Assembly (NCBI GenBank): GCA_963555755.3
Contig: OY820905.2
Coordinates: 384,001-448,000 of the forward strand
Direction: 5' to 3'
Length of the DNA: 64,000 bases
From: Nitrospirales bacterium
Lineage (GTDB): Bacteria; Nitrospirota; Nitrospiria; Nitrospirales; UBA8639
The notes under the pieces were generated by a model. It had not been told where the DNA came from. It ran no database searches and was given only the letters and a program-made list of their open reading frames with translations. Position numbers and translations under genes: made by a program. Shown in pieces: positions 8,028 to 17,856 of the stretch; positions within the stretch are counted from its first letter, which is position 1; each line of letters begins with the position of its first letter.

Positions 8028-10991
8028 CTATTGAGTGGGCGCAAAGCCTCGACGCATGGTGTTCTCACTCGTCACACGTTGGACCATGAATTGTTGCAAG
8101 TACCCTTCCCCTCCCGCCTTGGTGCCCACCCCTGAAAGTCGATGTCCGCCAAAGGGCTGCCGTCCAACTAATGATCCGGTGATGGGGCGGTTGATGTAGA
8201 AATTTCCGACATCAAAAGTTTCACGGGCCCGTTGGATGTTCGCCGGGCTTCGGGAGTACACCCCGCCTGTCAGGGCAAAATCCGATTGCATGGCCATAGC
8301 CAGCGCATCTTCAAATGATGGGCATCGAAGGACCGCCACGACCGGCCCAAAAATTTCTTCTTGAGCCATCCGGTGATGGGACTGGATTTCTCCCACGATC
8401 ACGGGTCCTTGAAACCATCCTTCACTCTCAATGACCCGGTCCAGCAACACCTTGCCTTCCTGGCGGGCAATGTCCACATATTCCCGTACTTTGTGTAGTG
8501 CCCGTTGATCGATCATCGGCCCCATTTGATTGCTGGGATCTTCGGGGGGGCCGATATGCAGGCTGTTAGCGGCTTGGGTGAGTCTTTCAATGAACTCGTT
8601 GTAAACCGGTTCAAGAACAATGGCTCGTGAGCATGCGGAACACTTTTGCCCCTGATATCCGGTGAAAGAGTACAGTACCCCGTGCACGGCTTCGTCCAAA
8701 TCCGCGGTTTCATCAATAATGATGGCATTCTTTCCACCCATTTCCGCAATGGCATGTGTGACATGATGTTGTCCGGGTTGCATCTTCGATGCCTGGTTGA
8801 TGATTTGAAGTCCGGCCTCTTTTGATCCGGTAAATGCAATGACATGAATCTGAAGATGCGAAACGAGGGCTTTGCCAATCTCCGGCCCGCCGGGAAGGAA
8901 ATGAAGTACGCCATCAGGCAAACCCGCTTCTCGAAAAAGCTGCGATAGATGATAGCCCATCATCGGTGAACGCTCGGATGGTTTGAACAGCACGGCGTTA
9001 CCCGTGACGAGGGCGGAAGATACCAGTCCGGTTGGAATGGCCAAAGAGAAGTTCCAAGGAGAAATCACAACCGCCAATCCGCGAGGCCGCCATTCGAGAT
9101 GATTCAGCTCCCCAGGTTCTTGCCCAAGCCGTTGGGGTCGGCCTAATCGGCGCATCTCCCGCGCATAAAATTCCAGAAAATCGATGGCTTCGGCAATGTC
9201 GCCATCTGCCTCTCGCCATGGTTTGCCCGTTTCAAAAATTTCCCAAGCCGCGAGTTCATGCCGACGTTGCCGCATAAGTTCGGCGACCCGACATAAATAA
9301 TCCGCGCGAGTATCCGCCGACGTTGTCCGCCATTGTTTCCATGCAATCTGAGCCGATTGAATGACTCCCTCGATTTCCGCAGGAGCGTAGCTTGGCATCC
9401 TGACAATAATTTCGTTCGGGCGGCTCGGGTTGGTGGAAACCAGTTCATCCTTGAGTTGTCCTACGGTGGGCGGAACATAAAAATTCACTGTCTTTCCCAG
9501 TTGTCCCTTGACGCTCTCAATTGCTTCCGACATGGCCTGGCGAGCTGCTTCCCGTGAAAAATCGGTGTGCGGTTCATTTTTAAAAGATGGACCCATGTCT
9601 TGTTCATGAATCATGGCGTGTTGTCCAGAGACCTGAGAGGCGTGTGGAGGGGCCAGTAATACGTCAAGTGGTGTCTCATGATCTCGCTGCTTCGAGATAA
9701 AGGATTCATTCGACGTGTTTTCCAGAAGTCGCCGTACGAGGTACGCCATTCCGGGGATCAATTCCCCAACTGGCGTATACACACGAACGCGCCTGCCATA
9801 TTTCACCACGGCATGTTGTAATGCATCGGCCATGCCATACAGAGATTGGTATTCATAGTTGTCGGGAGCGAAGTCATGAGCTTGGGCAATGGCTTCGGCA
9901 TGGGCCAAGCTTCGTAAATTATGCGTGCCAAACGCGGGACGGAACAGAGTGGGGTGGGCGAGTAGTTTGCCACTGATGTATTCAAAGTTGGCATCGGTTT
10001 CTGCTTTGTGCCGCAACACCGGGATTGGCCAGCCACGCTGCTCGTTTTGAATATTCTCCGCATCCCAGTACGCCCCTTTTACTAAACGAATGGTAATAGG
10101 CGTGCCACGTTGTTGCACCCAATCAACCATGCGATCGAGCGTCACATCCGCATCGCGTAAATAGGTTTGGAGCGCAATCCCCGCACCGGCATAGGTGCGA
10201 TAGGCAGGTTCTGAGAAAATCCGCATGAAAATTTCGTAGGTCAAATCTTTCAGCTCATATTGCTCCATATCAAATGTAATCGAGGCCGGTAGCTGTGATG
10301 CAAGGTCCAAAATGGGGCGCAGTCTTGATGCCACGCCTTCGAAACTTCCATCAGGGTCAGCCGAATTGAGCTGGGAGTACAGGGCAGAAATTTTGATTGA
10401 GAGATTGGTTCGGGGGAGCAAGCCGTGATGGTCCTGTTCCAACAACGGTTGTCTCGGCCATCGTTGTGCGTTTTCGTGATACACCCGGAGGGCATCGAGA
10501 CAATGGTCTCGATAGGAATCGGCTTCGGCCTCGCTCACCGTGGCTTCCCCAAGAAGGTCTACGGACGCGCATCGTCCGGAACGCCAGAGTGTACCGAGTA
10601 CCGGCATGGCATTGGTCATGGAATCGCCGGCCATAAACGTATGCGCCATGCGCGTGAATTGCCGTCGAAGGACGAGGGCTCCCACATGCGAACCAATCCA
10701 AGAAGACGGAAGTTTCTGAAGTGACCACTTCAGTGGCTTGGGAAGAATCGGTGTGCCGCCAAAATATTCGGCCAAGAGGCGTGTGAACTGCTCGTCAGTT
10801 TTCAAAGTAGGGAGGACATCGACAAAACGAAAAAGCTGAACCTTGAAATCCTCATCCCGCATCCCCCAGGCCATCAGCAGATCATTCCACCACCGTTGGC
10901 TCAGCATCGTCGCCGTACTGGTCTTCGAGTGATCAGCCAAGGTCCGACCAATATTTCGGATGCAGGGTTCAAGCAGTTCTTCAGAGATCAT
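8028..10991 (-). CDS. putA: Bifunctional proline dehydrogenase / P5C dehydrogenase
   Basis: FKVQLFRFVD, RLVKGAYWD, YLVRRLLEN, EMGGKN, GQKCSACSR. Confidence 0.97.
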   Translation of the reverse strand: MISEELLEPCIRNIGRTLADHSKTSTATMLSQRWWNDLLMAWGMRDEDFKVQLFRFVDVLPTLKTDEQFTRLLAEYFGGTPILPKPLKWSLQKLPSSWIGSHVGALVLRRQFTRMAHTFMAGDSMTNAMPVLGTLWRSGRCASVDLLGEATVSEAEADSYRDHCLDALRVYHENAQRWPRQPLLEQDHHGLLPRTNLSIKISALYSQLNSADPDGSFEGVASRLRPILDLASQLPASITFDMEQYELKDLTYEIFMRIFSEPAYRTYAGAGIALQTYLRDADVTLDRMVDWVQQRGTPITIRLVKGAYWDAENIQNEQRGWPIPVLRHKAETDANFEYISGKLLAHPTLFRPAFGTHNLRSLAHAEAIAQAHDFAPDNYEYQSLYGMADALQHAVVKYGRRVRVYTPVGELIPGMAYLVRRLLENTSNESFISKQRDHETPLDVLLAPPHASQVSGQHAMIHEQDMGPSFKNEPHTDFSREAARQAMSEAIESVKGQLGKTVNFYVPPTVGQLKDELVSTNPSRPNEIIVRMPSYAPAEIEGVIQSAQIAWKQWRTTSADTRADYLCRVAELMRQRRHELAAWEIFETGKPWREADGDIAEAIDFLEFYAREMRRLGRPQRLGQEPGELNHLEWRPRGLAVVISPWNFSLAIPTGLVSSALVTGNAVLFKPSERSPMMGYHLSQLFREAGLPDGVLHFLPGGPEIGKALVSHLQIHVIAFTGSKEAGLQIINQASKMQPGQHHVTHAIAEMGGKNAIIIDETADLDEAVHGVLYSFTGYQGQKCSACSRAIVLEPVYNEFIERLTQAANSLHIGPPEDPSNQMGPMIDQRALHKVREYVDIARQEGKVLLDRVIESEGWFQGPVIVGEIQSHHRMAQEEIFGPVVAVLRCPSFEDALAMAMQSDFALTGGVYSRSPANIQRARETFDVGNFYINRPITGSLVGRQPFGGHRLSGVGTKAGGEGYLQQFMVQRVTSENTMRRGFAPTQ

Positions 10992-11241
10992 ACTAGCCCT
11001 CTTTTCTTTTCATCATATTATACCTTGTCGGTTGGGCAAGGGTAAGAGTACAGGGTTGCAGCCATGTTGGATGGGCATTGCCCACCTTCCCTGTATTGGA
11101 TTCTATCTTCGAGAATTAAAAAGGTGGGCGATACATACCTCACGAGGTTGAAAACGTTACGGTGGGCATGCCCAATCATAACCGCTAGATCCTTGCTTTT
11201 TTGCTTCAGCCTGCATAGCCTAACGCTAAAGGAGGGCGATC

Positions 11242-11463
11242 ATGGAAAACCAAAGTCAGTTCAAAATTGAGCTCGAACAGGAAGAAGATGGGCGATGGAT
11301 TGGGGAAGTTCCCTCGCTTCCTGGTGTTATGGCCTACGGATCAAATCGCGGAGAGGCTCTCGCTGCGGTTCAGGCGTTGGCACTACGTGTGTTGGCTGAC
11401 CGATTGGAACATGGTGAAGCCCCTCCTGATCAACTGATGAATGTGTCCTTTGTCGCGGCATGA
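11242..11463 (+). CDS. hicB: HicB-like antitoxin
   Basis: EQEEDGRWIGEVPSLPGVMAYG. Confidence 0.85.
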   Translation: MENQSQFKIELEQEEDGRWIGEVPSLPGVMAYGSNRGEALAAVQALALRVLADRLEHGEAPPDQLMNVSFVAA

Positions 11464-11672
11464 GCCGCTGGCCTTCCACGCAAGCGTCTCGTGTTCTCTC
11501 CGCGTTACTCCGCATTGGCTGGTCAATTAAACGAACAACGGGCTCTCACAAGATTTTAGAACGTGAGGGGTGGTCAGATATCGTGTTTGCCTTCCATAGT
11601 CGCGATGAGATAGGGCCGAAAATGCTCACTCGTCTTACGAAGGTGACTGGGCTAAAACCTGAAGACTTGTGA
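11460..11672 (+). CDS. hicA: HicA-family toxin
   Basis: L.RIGW..KRTTGSH.IL..EIGPKML; overlaps the hicB stop. Confidence 0.88.
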   Translation: MSRWPSTQASRVLSALLRIGWSIKRTTGSHKILEREGWSDIVFAFHSRDEIGPKMLTRLTKVTGLKPEDL

Positions 11673-11717
11673 TTTGCACGTTTCTCATTTCTTAAAAAAT
11701 GTCTCTGTAGCGTACGA

Positions 11718-12851
11718 TTACTTTTCCTTGCACGCTTTGACCCGCCGGCCGGTGATACTGCCGTTGTGGCCCATGTTATTTACGAAGGTCCCTGATAAGG
11801 CCCGGTCTTTCTCACTGAAAAGCAAACTTTCTTCTTGAATGATCCCACGTGGAAATTCCCACCTGATGTACACCGTATCGCCTTGGACTTGAATTTTGGC
11901 CGGTTTGGGGTCCATCCGGTCGTACTGTGAGGGTGGAGGGTAGATCATGACGGTTGTATAATCGCCATGGTTTTGATGGTTGTGAATGAGCCACTGCCAG
12001 GTTCCGCAAAGCCGTAGTAGGCCCCTTTTGCGTTTTTGATCGGTTTGCCATTGTCGCAACTGATTCCACATAACACGCGTACGGTGCTCCGTTTCCATCT
12101 GTAACGTGACCAGGGCTGCTTGTAAATATGCCTGATGCAGGGGCAGGTAATGTTGATGCAGGTAGCGGGCAGCATAGGATTCCTGATTTCGCACTGATGG
12201 TATAGGAAAGTCGCTCTTCTTTGATGCTTCGATATCCCAATATTCATGAAGGCGTTGGATGACCCCTTGAGCCCCTGCCTTCTCTGCTATGGTGAACCAT
12301 CCCTTATTTTCCCTTGTCCAAATCGAATAGTGCAGATAAAGGTATTGGGCGTAGCGGGCATAGTGGGGCAGTTCGACTATTGCCGGCTGTTGTGTTGCTG
12401 CTAATTCGAGATAGGTGTTGGCCAGCGCGAATACACGGTGGAGTTCAGGCTGTGTTGAGACCTTGGTTAACCAAGTAAGATGATCGTTGGATGTATCGTG
12501 AAGGAAGGACATTCCACGTTTGTGCCCTTGGTGGAGTTGCATTTCCATTTCGGAACTGAAATGCCACGTGGCAACTCCTGCTGCTAAGTTGACCATCTTT
12601 TGAGTGATGGTGGCTGGCAACGGCGGTTTTTTGTGTCGTCGGCCACGAGACTTTTTGTGAGATGTCGCTTGGATAAATGGGCCCATGGTTGCACGAACAA
12701 AGGCTTGGGCGTGTAAGTTGGACGTAACCGCTGTAATTTTTTGGGTAGGAGTGTTTAAAAATTTTTCGAAGTTCGGTTCTTGCGCCAATAGAGGCGTTGG
12801 GCCAAGGCTAACCTCACCTGCTAGAACCATTGTTAAGGCAAGAAGTCCCAT
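11718..12851 (-). CDS. Hypothetical exported protein (start uncertain)
   Basis: Long ORF with signal-like segment; the called N-terminal extension to 13109 is read-through of a MITE. Confidence 0.7.
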   Translation of the reverse strand: MGLLALTMVLAGEVSLGPTPLLAQEPNFEKFLNTPTQKITAVTSNLHAQAFVRATMGPFIQATSHKKSRGRRHKKPPLPATITQKMVNLAAGVATWHFSSEMEMQLHQGHKRGMSFLHDTSNDHLTWLTKVSTQPELHRVFALANTYLELAATQQPAIVELPHYARYAQYLYLHYSIWTRENKGWFTIAEKAGAQGVIQRLHEYWDIEASKKSDFPIPSVRNQESYAARYLHQHYLPLHQAYLQAALVTLQMETEHRTRVMWNQLRQWQTDQKRKRGLLRLCGTWQWLIHNHQNHGDYTTVMIYPPPSQYDRMDPKPAKIQVQGDTVYIRWEFPRGIIQEESLLFSEKDRALSGTFVNNMGHNGSITGRRVKACKEK

Positions 12852-12982
12852 CCAGTGGAAGGTTGGTCGTGGTGTTGGTTCAGTGAAAGACGTAGTGTGT
12901 GACGGTGTTCGAGGAAAAAGGCAGAGTTGCAAAAAAGGGGATAGCCTTAGCTGAATAAGAGGCACGATCACACGTGGGGTTA

Positions 12983-13133
12983 GGGTTCGCGCAAGAATAC
13001 CTTCCCCTGGCTGGGTGCTGAAACACCTGTCTGGCAGGGCGCGAGGACGACTCCTCGTATGGAAAGGACGGGCAACGCCGCTAGACGGGATGGATCGACG
13101 CCCAAACATGGGAAGGTATTCTTGCGCGAACCC
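12983..13133. mobile_element. MITE family A, copy 1
   Basis: Terminal inverted repeats GGGTTCGCGCAAGAATA; TTA on both flanks. Confidence 0.88.
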
Positions 13134-13964
13134 TTAGACCTTCAGAAACTTGTCAACGAATGCCAGGGTTTTCTCCCATGCGTGCTTGGCTGCTTCCGCA
13201 TGGTACACCTCTGCTTGTAATTCATTAAAGAAGCTGTGGGTGGTTCCTGGATAAGAGACCAGCTCAAAATTTTTTCCGGCTTCTTCAGCCGCCTGTTTCA
13301 GTCCCTCGATTTCCTCGGATGTCACGGTATGGTCTTTTTCAGCAGCATGATAGAGTAGAGGGGAGTACATATCTTTGATGGGGTCTAACGGGCTGGGAGG
13401 CTTAGCGTAGAAGGCGACGGCTGCTCGCAAACGCTTCCGCCGACAGGCAAATTTAATGGCCAAGGTGCCGCCAATCCCAAAACCAATGATGGCGTGAAAG
13501 TTGCGTTTGGTTTGTTCAAGCATATCATCTTCAGCGATATTGGTGTTGAGCCATTCACAACTGGCATGGATGTCTTGCATGACAGCATCTTGGTCCATAC
13601 GTTCGACTAACGCATCGGCCACCTCGGCATTGGCGGTAATCATGCCCCCCTGCCGCCCATACATGTTGGGGACTAAGACGACATAGCCCTCACAGGCTAA
13701 ACGGGAGGCCACATCCTTAATTTGCCCATTCAGCCCCCAGCGTTCGTGGAGAAGGACAATTGAAGGATATTTGCTCTTTGGCTGTGCAACCGGTCCTAAA
13801 GGCCAAAATTGCAAGCCTTGGACTTGGTGCTCCTTGGGGATCCGTGTTGCGGCATAGGGATCCACCATTTTGTCCTTATGGGTGTCAAAAATCCCCTTAC
13901 TCGAGAAGCGAACCGAACTAAAACCAATTTGGTCAGGGGTAAAGGGTGTCACATGTTCTGACAT
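13134..13964 (-). CDS. Dienelactone hydrolase family protein
   Basis: HERWGLNGQIKDVASRLACEGY.VLVP; GFGIGG; YPGTTHSF. Confidence 0.88.
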   Translation of the reverse strand: MSEHVTPFTPDQIGFSSVRFSSKGIFDTHKDKMVDPYAATRIPKEHQVQGLQFWPLGPVAQPKSKYPSIVLLHERWGLNGQIKDVASRLACEGYVVLVPNMYGRQGGMITANAEVADALVERMDQDAVMQDIHASCEWLNTNIAEDDMLEQTKRNFHAIIGFGIGGTLAIKFACRRKRLRAAVAFYAKPPSPLDPIKDMYSPLLYHAAEKDHTVTSEEIEGLKQAAEEAGKNFELVSYPGTTHSFFNELQAEVYHAEAAKHAWEKTLAFVDKFLKV

Positions 13965-14182
13965 GAGGTTTTTTTACTTTCGTTATGAATTGGTCGCTAA
14001 AGAGATAAGCTGTTGAGACCGAAAAGTACTATATCGACCGTGTCAAAGTCTTGTCAACGAAGCCCCGATGTCATCAAATTTGGGAAACGACATAATCAAC
14101 ATAATCAACAGGACCCGAAACATGAAGCCACCTATGGCTCAGCTCTCAGCCTAGGAATGGTAAATGTTCACTCAAAGTAAGG

Positions 14183-16486
14183 ATGGCCCCAATGCGTAAT
14201 TCAGGGTTGAAAACGACGATGTCCGTGATAGTGACCTTCGCTGTGTTGATGACTGGTTGGGGTTGTTCGCAAATGTCAGCGGAGGAGAAAAAAGCCGAGC
14301 ATGAAAAGCGGGGGCAAGCCTATTTTGCTGAGGAAAAGTATCGGGAAGCGATGATCGAATACAAAAATGTCGTGCAAATCGATCCGAAGGATGCAGAGGC
14401 TCATTATCAATTGGCGCTCATTCATATGAAAATCGGCGGCATGACCGATTTACAGCAAGCATTTGGAGAATTGGCGAAGACCGTGGATTTGGATCCGTCG
14501 ATCCAAGAGGCGCAATTAAAATTGGGCGAATTTTACTTGCTGGCTCGACAACCAAAAAAGGCACGCAAGCATGCGGACCTTGTTCTGGCATCGGCGCCTC
14601 AAGATCCCAAAGGGCATTTGTTGCGGGGACGCAGTCTCATCATCGACAAAGAATTTGACCAGGGTGTTGAAGAATTTCAACAGGCGATTCAACTCGATCC
14701 GGAAAACGTCAATACCTATATCGATTTAGCTAAAGCCTATATTGGCATGAAACAGCCGGATGAAGCGTTTGCGGCTCTCAAGCAAGGTTTAGCCAAAAAA
14801 CCCAATTCCACGCCACTGGTTTTGGCCTTGGGGGATATCTATCTCGTGACAGGGAAAGCTGAAGAAGCTGAGACGCAATATCGAAGAGCCTTAGAGCTTG
14901 ATCCGGAGAGTGAAGCCTTATTCATTAAACTCTCGCGGTTTTATCAATTAATGCGAAAATGGGAAAAAGCAGAAGAGACCTTACAGCAATTGGTCGAGAA
15001 GAACCCCAAAAGCGAGGTCGCCCACGTTAAACTGGGGGATTTCTATGTGTACATTGGACAGCGGGATAAAGCCATCGTCAATTTTGAAAAGGCCTTTGAT
15101 CTAAACCCGGATTTCGAAATCGCTCAAGAGAAAATCATCAGCTACTATCTTGATGGTGGAAAGCTTGAGAAGGCGGAACCCCTTATCCAGAACATTCTCG
15201 ATAAGGATAAGACAAACCTATTGGGCCGAGTGATGCACGCTCGTGTACACGTCATGAAGGGGAAGATGGACGAAGCAATTTCGGATTTACAGCGAGTGAT
15301 TAAAGAAGAGCCCAGGTTGGCCATCGCTCATCACTACCTGGGTATCGCGTTCGCCGCCAACAACGATGGGGCGCAAGCGGTTCGTGAACTCAGCGAAGCG
15401 GTGAAACTTGCCCCCAATATGATTCCTGCTCGGAATGCCTTGGCAGGTATGCGCTTGGCCGAGGGGTCGTATGACTTAGCCATTGAAGAGGCCCAAGCCG
15501 CGTATCGACTCAATCCCCGAAATCTCCCTTCGGTACGCGTGCTCGCCGAGGCGTTCTTTCGAAAGGGTGAGATTGCGAAGGCTAAACGGGTGTATCAAGG
15601 CATTGTGAATAACCTTCCCCAAGATGCCTCAAGTCATTATCGTTTAGGGTTAATTGCCGGAAGGGACAAAGATTTAAATGGGGCAGTTGAGCATTTCGAA
15701 AAAGCTGTCGAAAGCAATCCGAATTTTGTCCAGGCTGTCTCGCAAATCGCGGCGGTATACCTCACACAGGGAAAAGCCAAAGAGGCTCGGGAACGAGTCA
15801 GTCAACAAATCCAAGCAGTTCCTGACAATCCATTATTCCACAACCTCCTGGGGGGATTATGGATGCAGGCAAAGCAAATGGATGAGGCAGAGACGGCCTT
15901 TCGGAAAGCCATTAGCATTGATGACACTGTCCAAATTTCATATATGAACTTGGCCGAATTGTACCGACGAACCGACCGTATCGATGATGCCGTCAAGGAA
16001 TATGAAACGGCGTTGGCAAAAAATCCGAAACTCATTTCCGCCCATATGATGTTAGGGATGATTGCCGAACAACGTGATGATCATTCAGGGGCCAAGCAGC
16101 ATTATCAAGAAACTCTCAAGCTTAACGACTCCTTTGCTCCGGCCGCGAATAATCTTGCCTGGATTTTGGCGGAAGAAGGCGAGAAGTTAGACGAAGCCTT
16201 GTCGTATGCCCAAACCGCCCGTGCGCAGCGCCCGAATGATCCGAATATCGCAGACACCTTAGGATGGATTTATTACAAGAAAAATGCCTATTTAAAAGCT
16301 GCATCACTCTTGCGTGAAGCCGTAGATAAATTGCCAGACAATCCGGTGATTTACTATCACTTGGGAATGACGCAATTGAAGAAAGGGGATCCAGTTGAGG
16401 CGAAAAAAGCACTCAACACGGCCCTGAAATTAAGCGACCGGTTCCCAGGGGTGGAGGAAGCCAGGAAAGCGTTGGAAGAGTTGTAA
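14183..16486 (+). CDS. TPR-repeat lipoprotein, PrsT-like (PEP-CTERM system)
   Basis: Lipobox-like WGC, many TPR repeats, C-terminal NNLAW..DTLGWIYY. Confidence 0.85.
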   Translation: MAPMRNSGLKTTMSVIVTFAVLMTGWGCSQMSAEEKKAEHEKRGQAYFAEEKYREAMIEYKNVVQIDPKDAEAHYQLALIHMKIGGMTDLQQAFGELAKTVDLDPSIQEAQLKLGEFYLLARQPKKARKHADLVLASAPQDPKGHLLRGRSLIIDKEFDQGVEEFQQAIQLDPENVNTYIDLAKAYIGMKQPDEAFAALKQGLAKKPNSTPLVLALGDIYLVTGKAEEAETQYRRALELDPESEALFIKLSRFYQLMRKWEKAEETLQQLVEKNPKSEVAHVKLGDFYVYIGQRDKAIVNFEKAFDLNPDFEIAQEKIISYYLDGGKLEKAEPLIQNILDKDKTNLLGRVMHARVHVMKGKMDEAISDLQRVIKEEPRLAIAHHYLGIAFAANNDGAQAVRELSEAVKLAPNMIPARNALAGMRLAEGSYDLAIEEAQAAYRLNPRNLPSVRVLAEAFFRKGEIAKAKRVYQGIVNNLPQDASSHYRLGLIAGRDKDLNGAVEHFEKAVESNPNFVQAVSQIAAVYLTQGKAKEARERVSQQIQAVPDNPLFHNLLGGLWMQAKQMDEAETAFRKAISIDDTVQISYMNLAELYRRTDRIDDAVKEYETALAKNPKLISAHMMLGMIAEQRDDHSGAKQHYQETLKLNDSFAPAANNLAWILAEEGEKLDEALSYAQTARAQRPNDPNIADTLGWIYYKKNAYLKAASLLREAVDKLPDNPVIYYHLGMTQLKKGDPVEAKKALNTALKLSDRFPGVEEARKALEEL

Positions 16487-16513
16487 TACGAAAACAGTAT
16501 TATTAAGATTGAG

Positions 16514-16547
16514 AAGGGCTTCGTGGATGACACGAGGCCCTTTTTTT
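16514..16547 (+). terminator. Rho-independent terminator
   Basis: AAGGGCTTCGTG-gatga-CACGAGGCCCTT hairpin followed by a T tract. Confidence 0.8.
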
Positions 16548-16590
16548 ATGTGGCAGAAAGTATTGTAACTTTCGCCCCGTATGTCTTAAA

Positions 16591-16628
16591 ACTCCCTCGC
16601 CCCTGAGGGGAGAGGGTAGGGTGAGGGG
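16591..16628. repeat. REP-like hairpin CCCTCGCCCCTGAGGGGAGAGGGTAGGGTGAGGGG
   Basis: Inverted copy at about 61990-62027. Confidence 0.7.
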
Positions 16629-16683
16629 TTAGCTCATCAGGAAGTGAAAAGGCTATGGAGATACGATCAATGGACCTGGAAGG

Positions 16684-17856
16684 TTAAAACGAAAACTCAA
16701 CTAATTCGGTATTCTTTAACCCTGTGTCGACCATGTCTTGAATGGCCAAACGTTCCTCGGCTTTGTGAATATCCTGGAAGCGGCATCGAGTGTTGGGGTG
16801 GGGAGGAACGAATAAGGTGCAGCAATCCTCGTCGGGTTCGATGGATGTTTCATAGGTGCCGATTTGCTGTGACTCGTTCGTGATTTCAATTTTATCCATT
16901 CCAATAAGCGGGCGCAGGATAGGAAGTCGGGGGATTTCGCTGACCACCTGAAGGTTCTCCGGTGTTTGGGATGCGACCTGCCCCAGGCTATCACCCGTGA
17001 CGAGTCCCCACGCCTGTTCATTGGCTGCGAGTTGATCAGCGATTCGCATCATCATGCGGCGATAGAGGACTATTCGAATGGGTGGGGATGAGTCCAGGAC
17101 GATTTGTCGTTGGATGTCACCAAACGGCACAAGAAATAATCGAGAGTAGAGTTGGTAGCGAGTCAAATGTTTCGTCAGGTCACGGACCTTTTCTTCAGAG
17201 GCCCGTGAAAGATAGGGACGCCCGTGAAAGTGCACAAAGGTCACCTTACACCCGCGTTTCATCATGCGATAGGCTGCAACCGGGGAATCAATACCCCCGG
17301 ATAATAGACACACCACTTTCCCGCTCATCCCGGTTGGAAGGCCACCAGGCCCCGGTTGGCGATTCAGTGTAAAATAGGCGGTATGATCAATGATCTCGAC
17401 GAAAATGTTGAGATCCGGCGCCTTCAAGCGCACCGGTTTTCCCGTGACTTCACACAAATAGGCTCCAACCTCCCGATTCACCTCAACCGAAGTTTTACTA
17501 AACCGCTTATCGCCCCGTTTAGTGGTGACGCGAAAGGTGTGAAAGGATTGTGTGGGCAGGGTGTCCTCAATGGCTTTGCAGAGGGGCATCAAGTCGGGTG
17601 AATCATAGTCAATGGGAAGTGCGTGGGCTTGGGCAAAATTGACTGCGCCGAAGGTATGACGAATCCCTTCCTGGATCGCATCCCACGGCGTATTGTCTTG
17701 ATAGGTGATACGGATTCGTCCAGGAAGCGATTCGACACGAAGGCCTTCGTTGTGACGCAACGTATTACGAAGATGTTGGACGAACCGTTTCTCAAAGAAT
17801 CCGCGGTTTCGGCCTTTCAGCGCCAGCTCATGATAATGTACCAAGGCGTAAGGCAT
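16684..17856 (-). CDS. thiI: tRNA 4-thiouridine synthase
   Basis: YHELALKGRNR, THUMP domain, LLSGGIDSPVA, GDSLGQVASQT. Confidence 0.96.
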   Translation of the reverse strand: MPYALVHYHELALKGRNRGFFEKRFVQHLRNTLRHNEGLRVESLPGRIRITYQDNTPWDAIQEGIRHTFGAVNFAQAHALPIDYDSPDLMPLCKAIEDTLPTQSFHTFRVTTKRGDKRFSKTSVEVNREVGAYLCEVTGKPVRLKAPDLNIFVEIIDHTAYFTLNRQPGPGGLPTGMSGKVVCLLSGGIDSPVAAYRMMKRGCKVTFVHFHGRPYLSRASEEKVRDLTKHLTRYQLYSRLFLVPFGDIQRQIVLDSSPPIRIVLYRRMMMRIADQLAANEQAWGLVTGDSLGQVASQTPENLQVVSEIPRLPILRPLIGMDKIEITNESQQIGTYETSIEPDEDCCTLFVPPHPNTRCRFQDIHKAEERLAIQDMVDTGLKNTELVEFSF

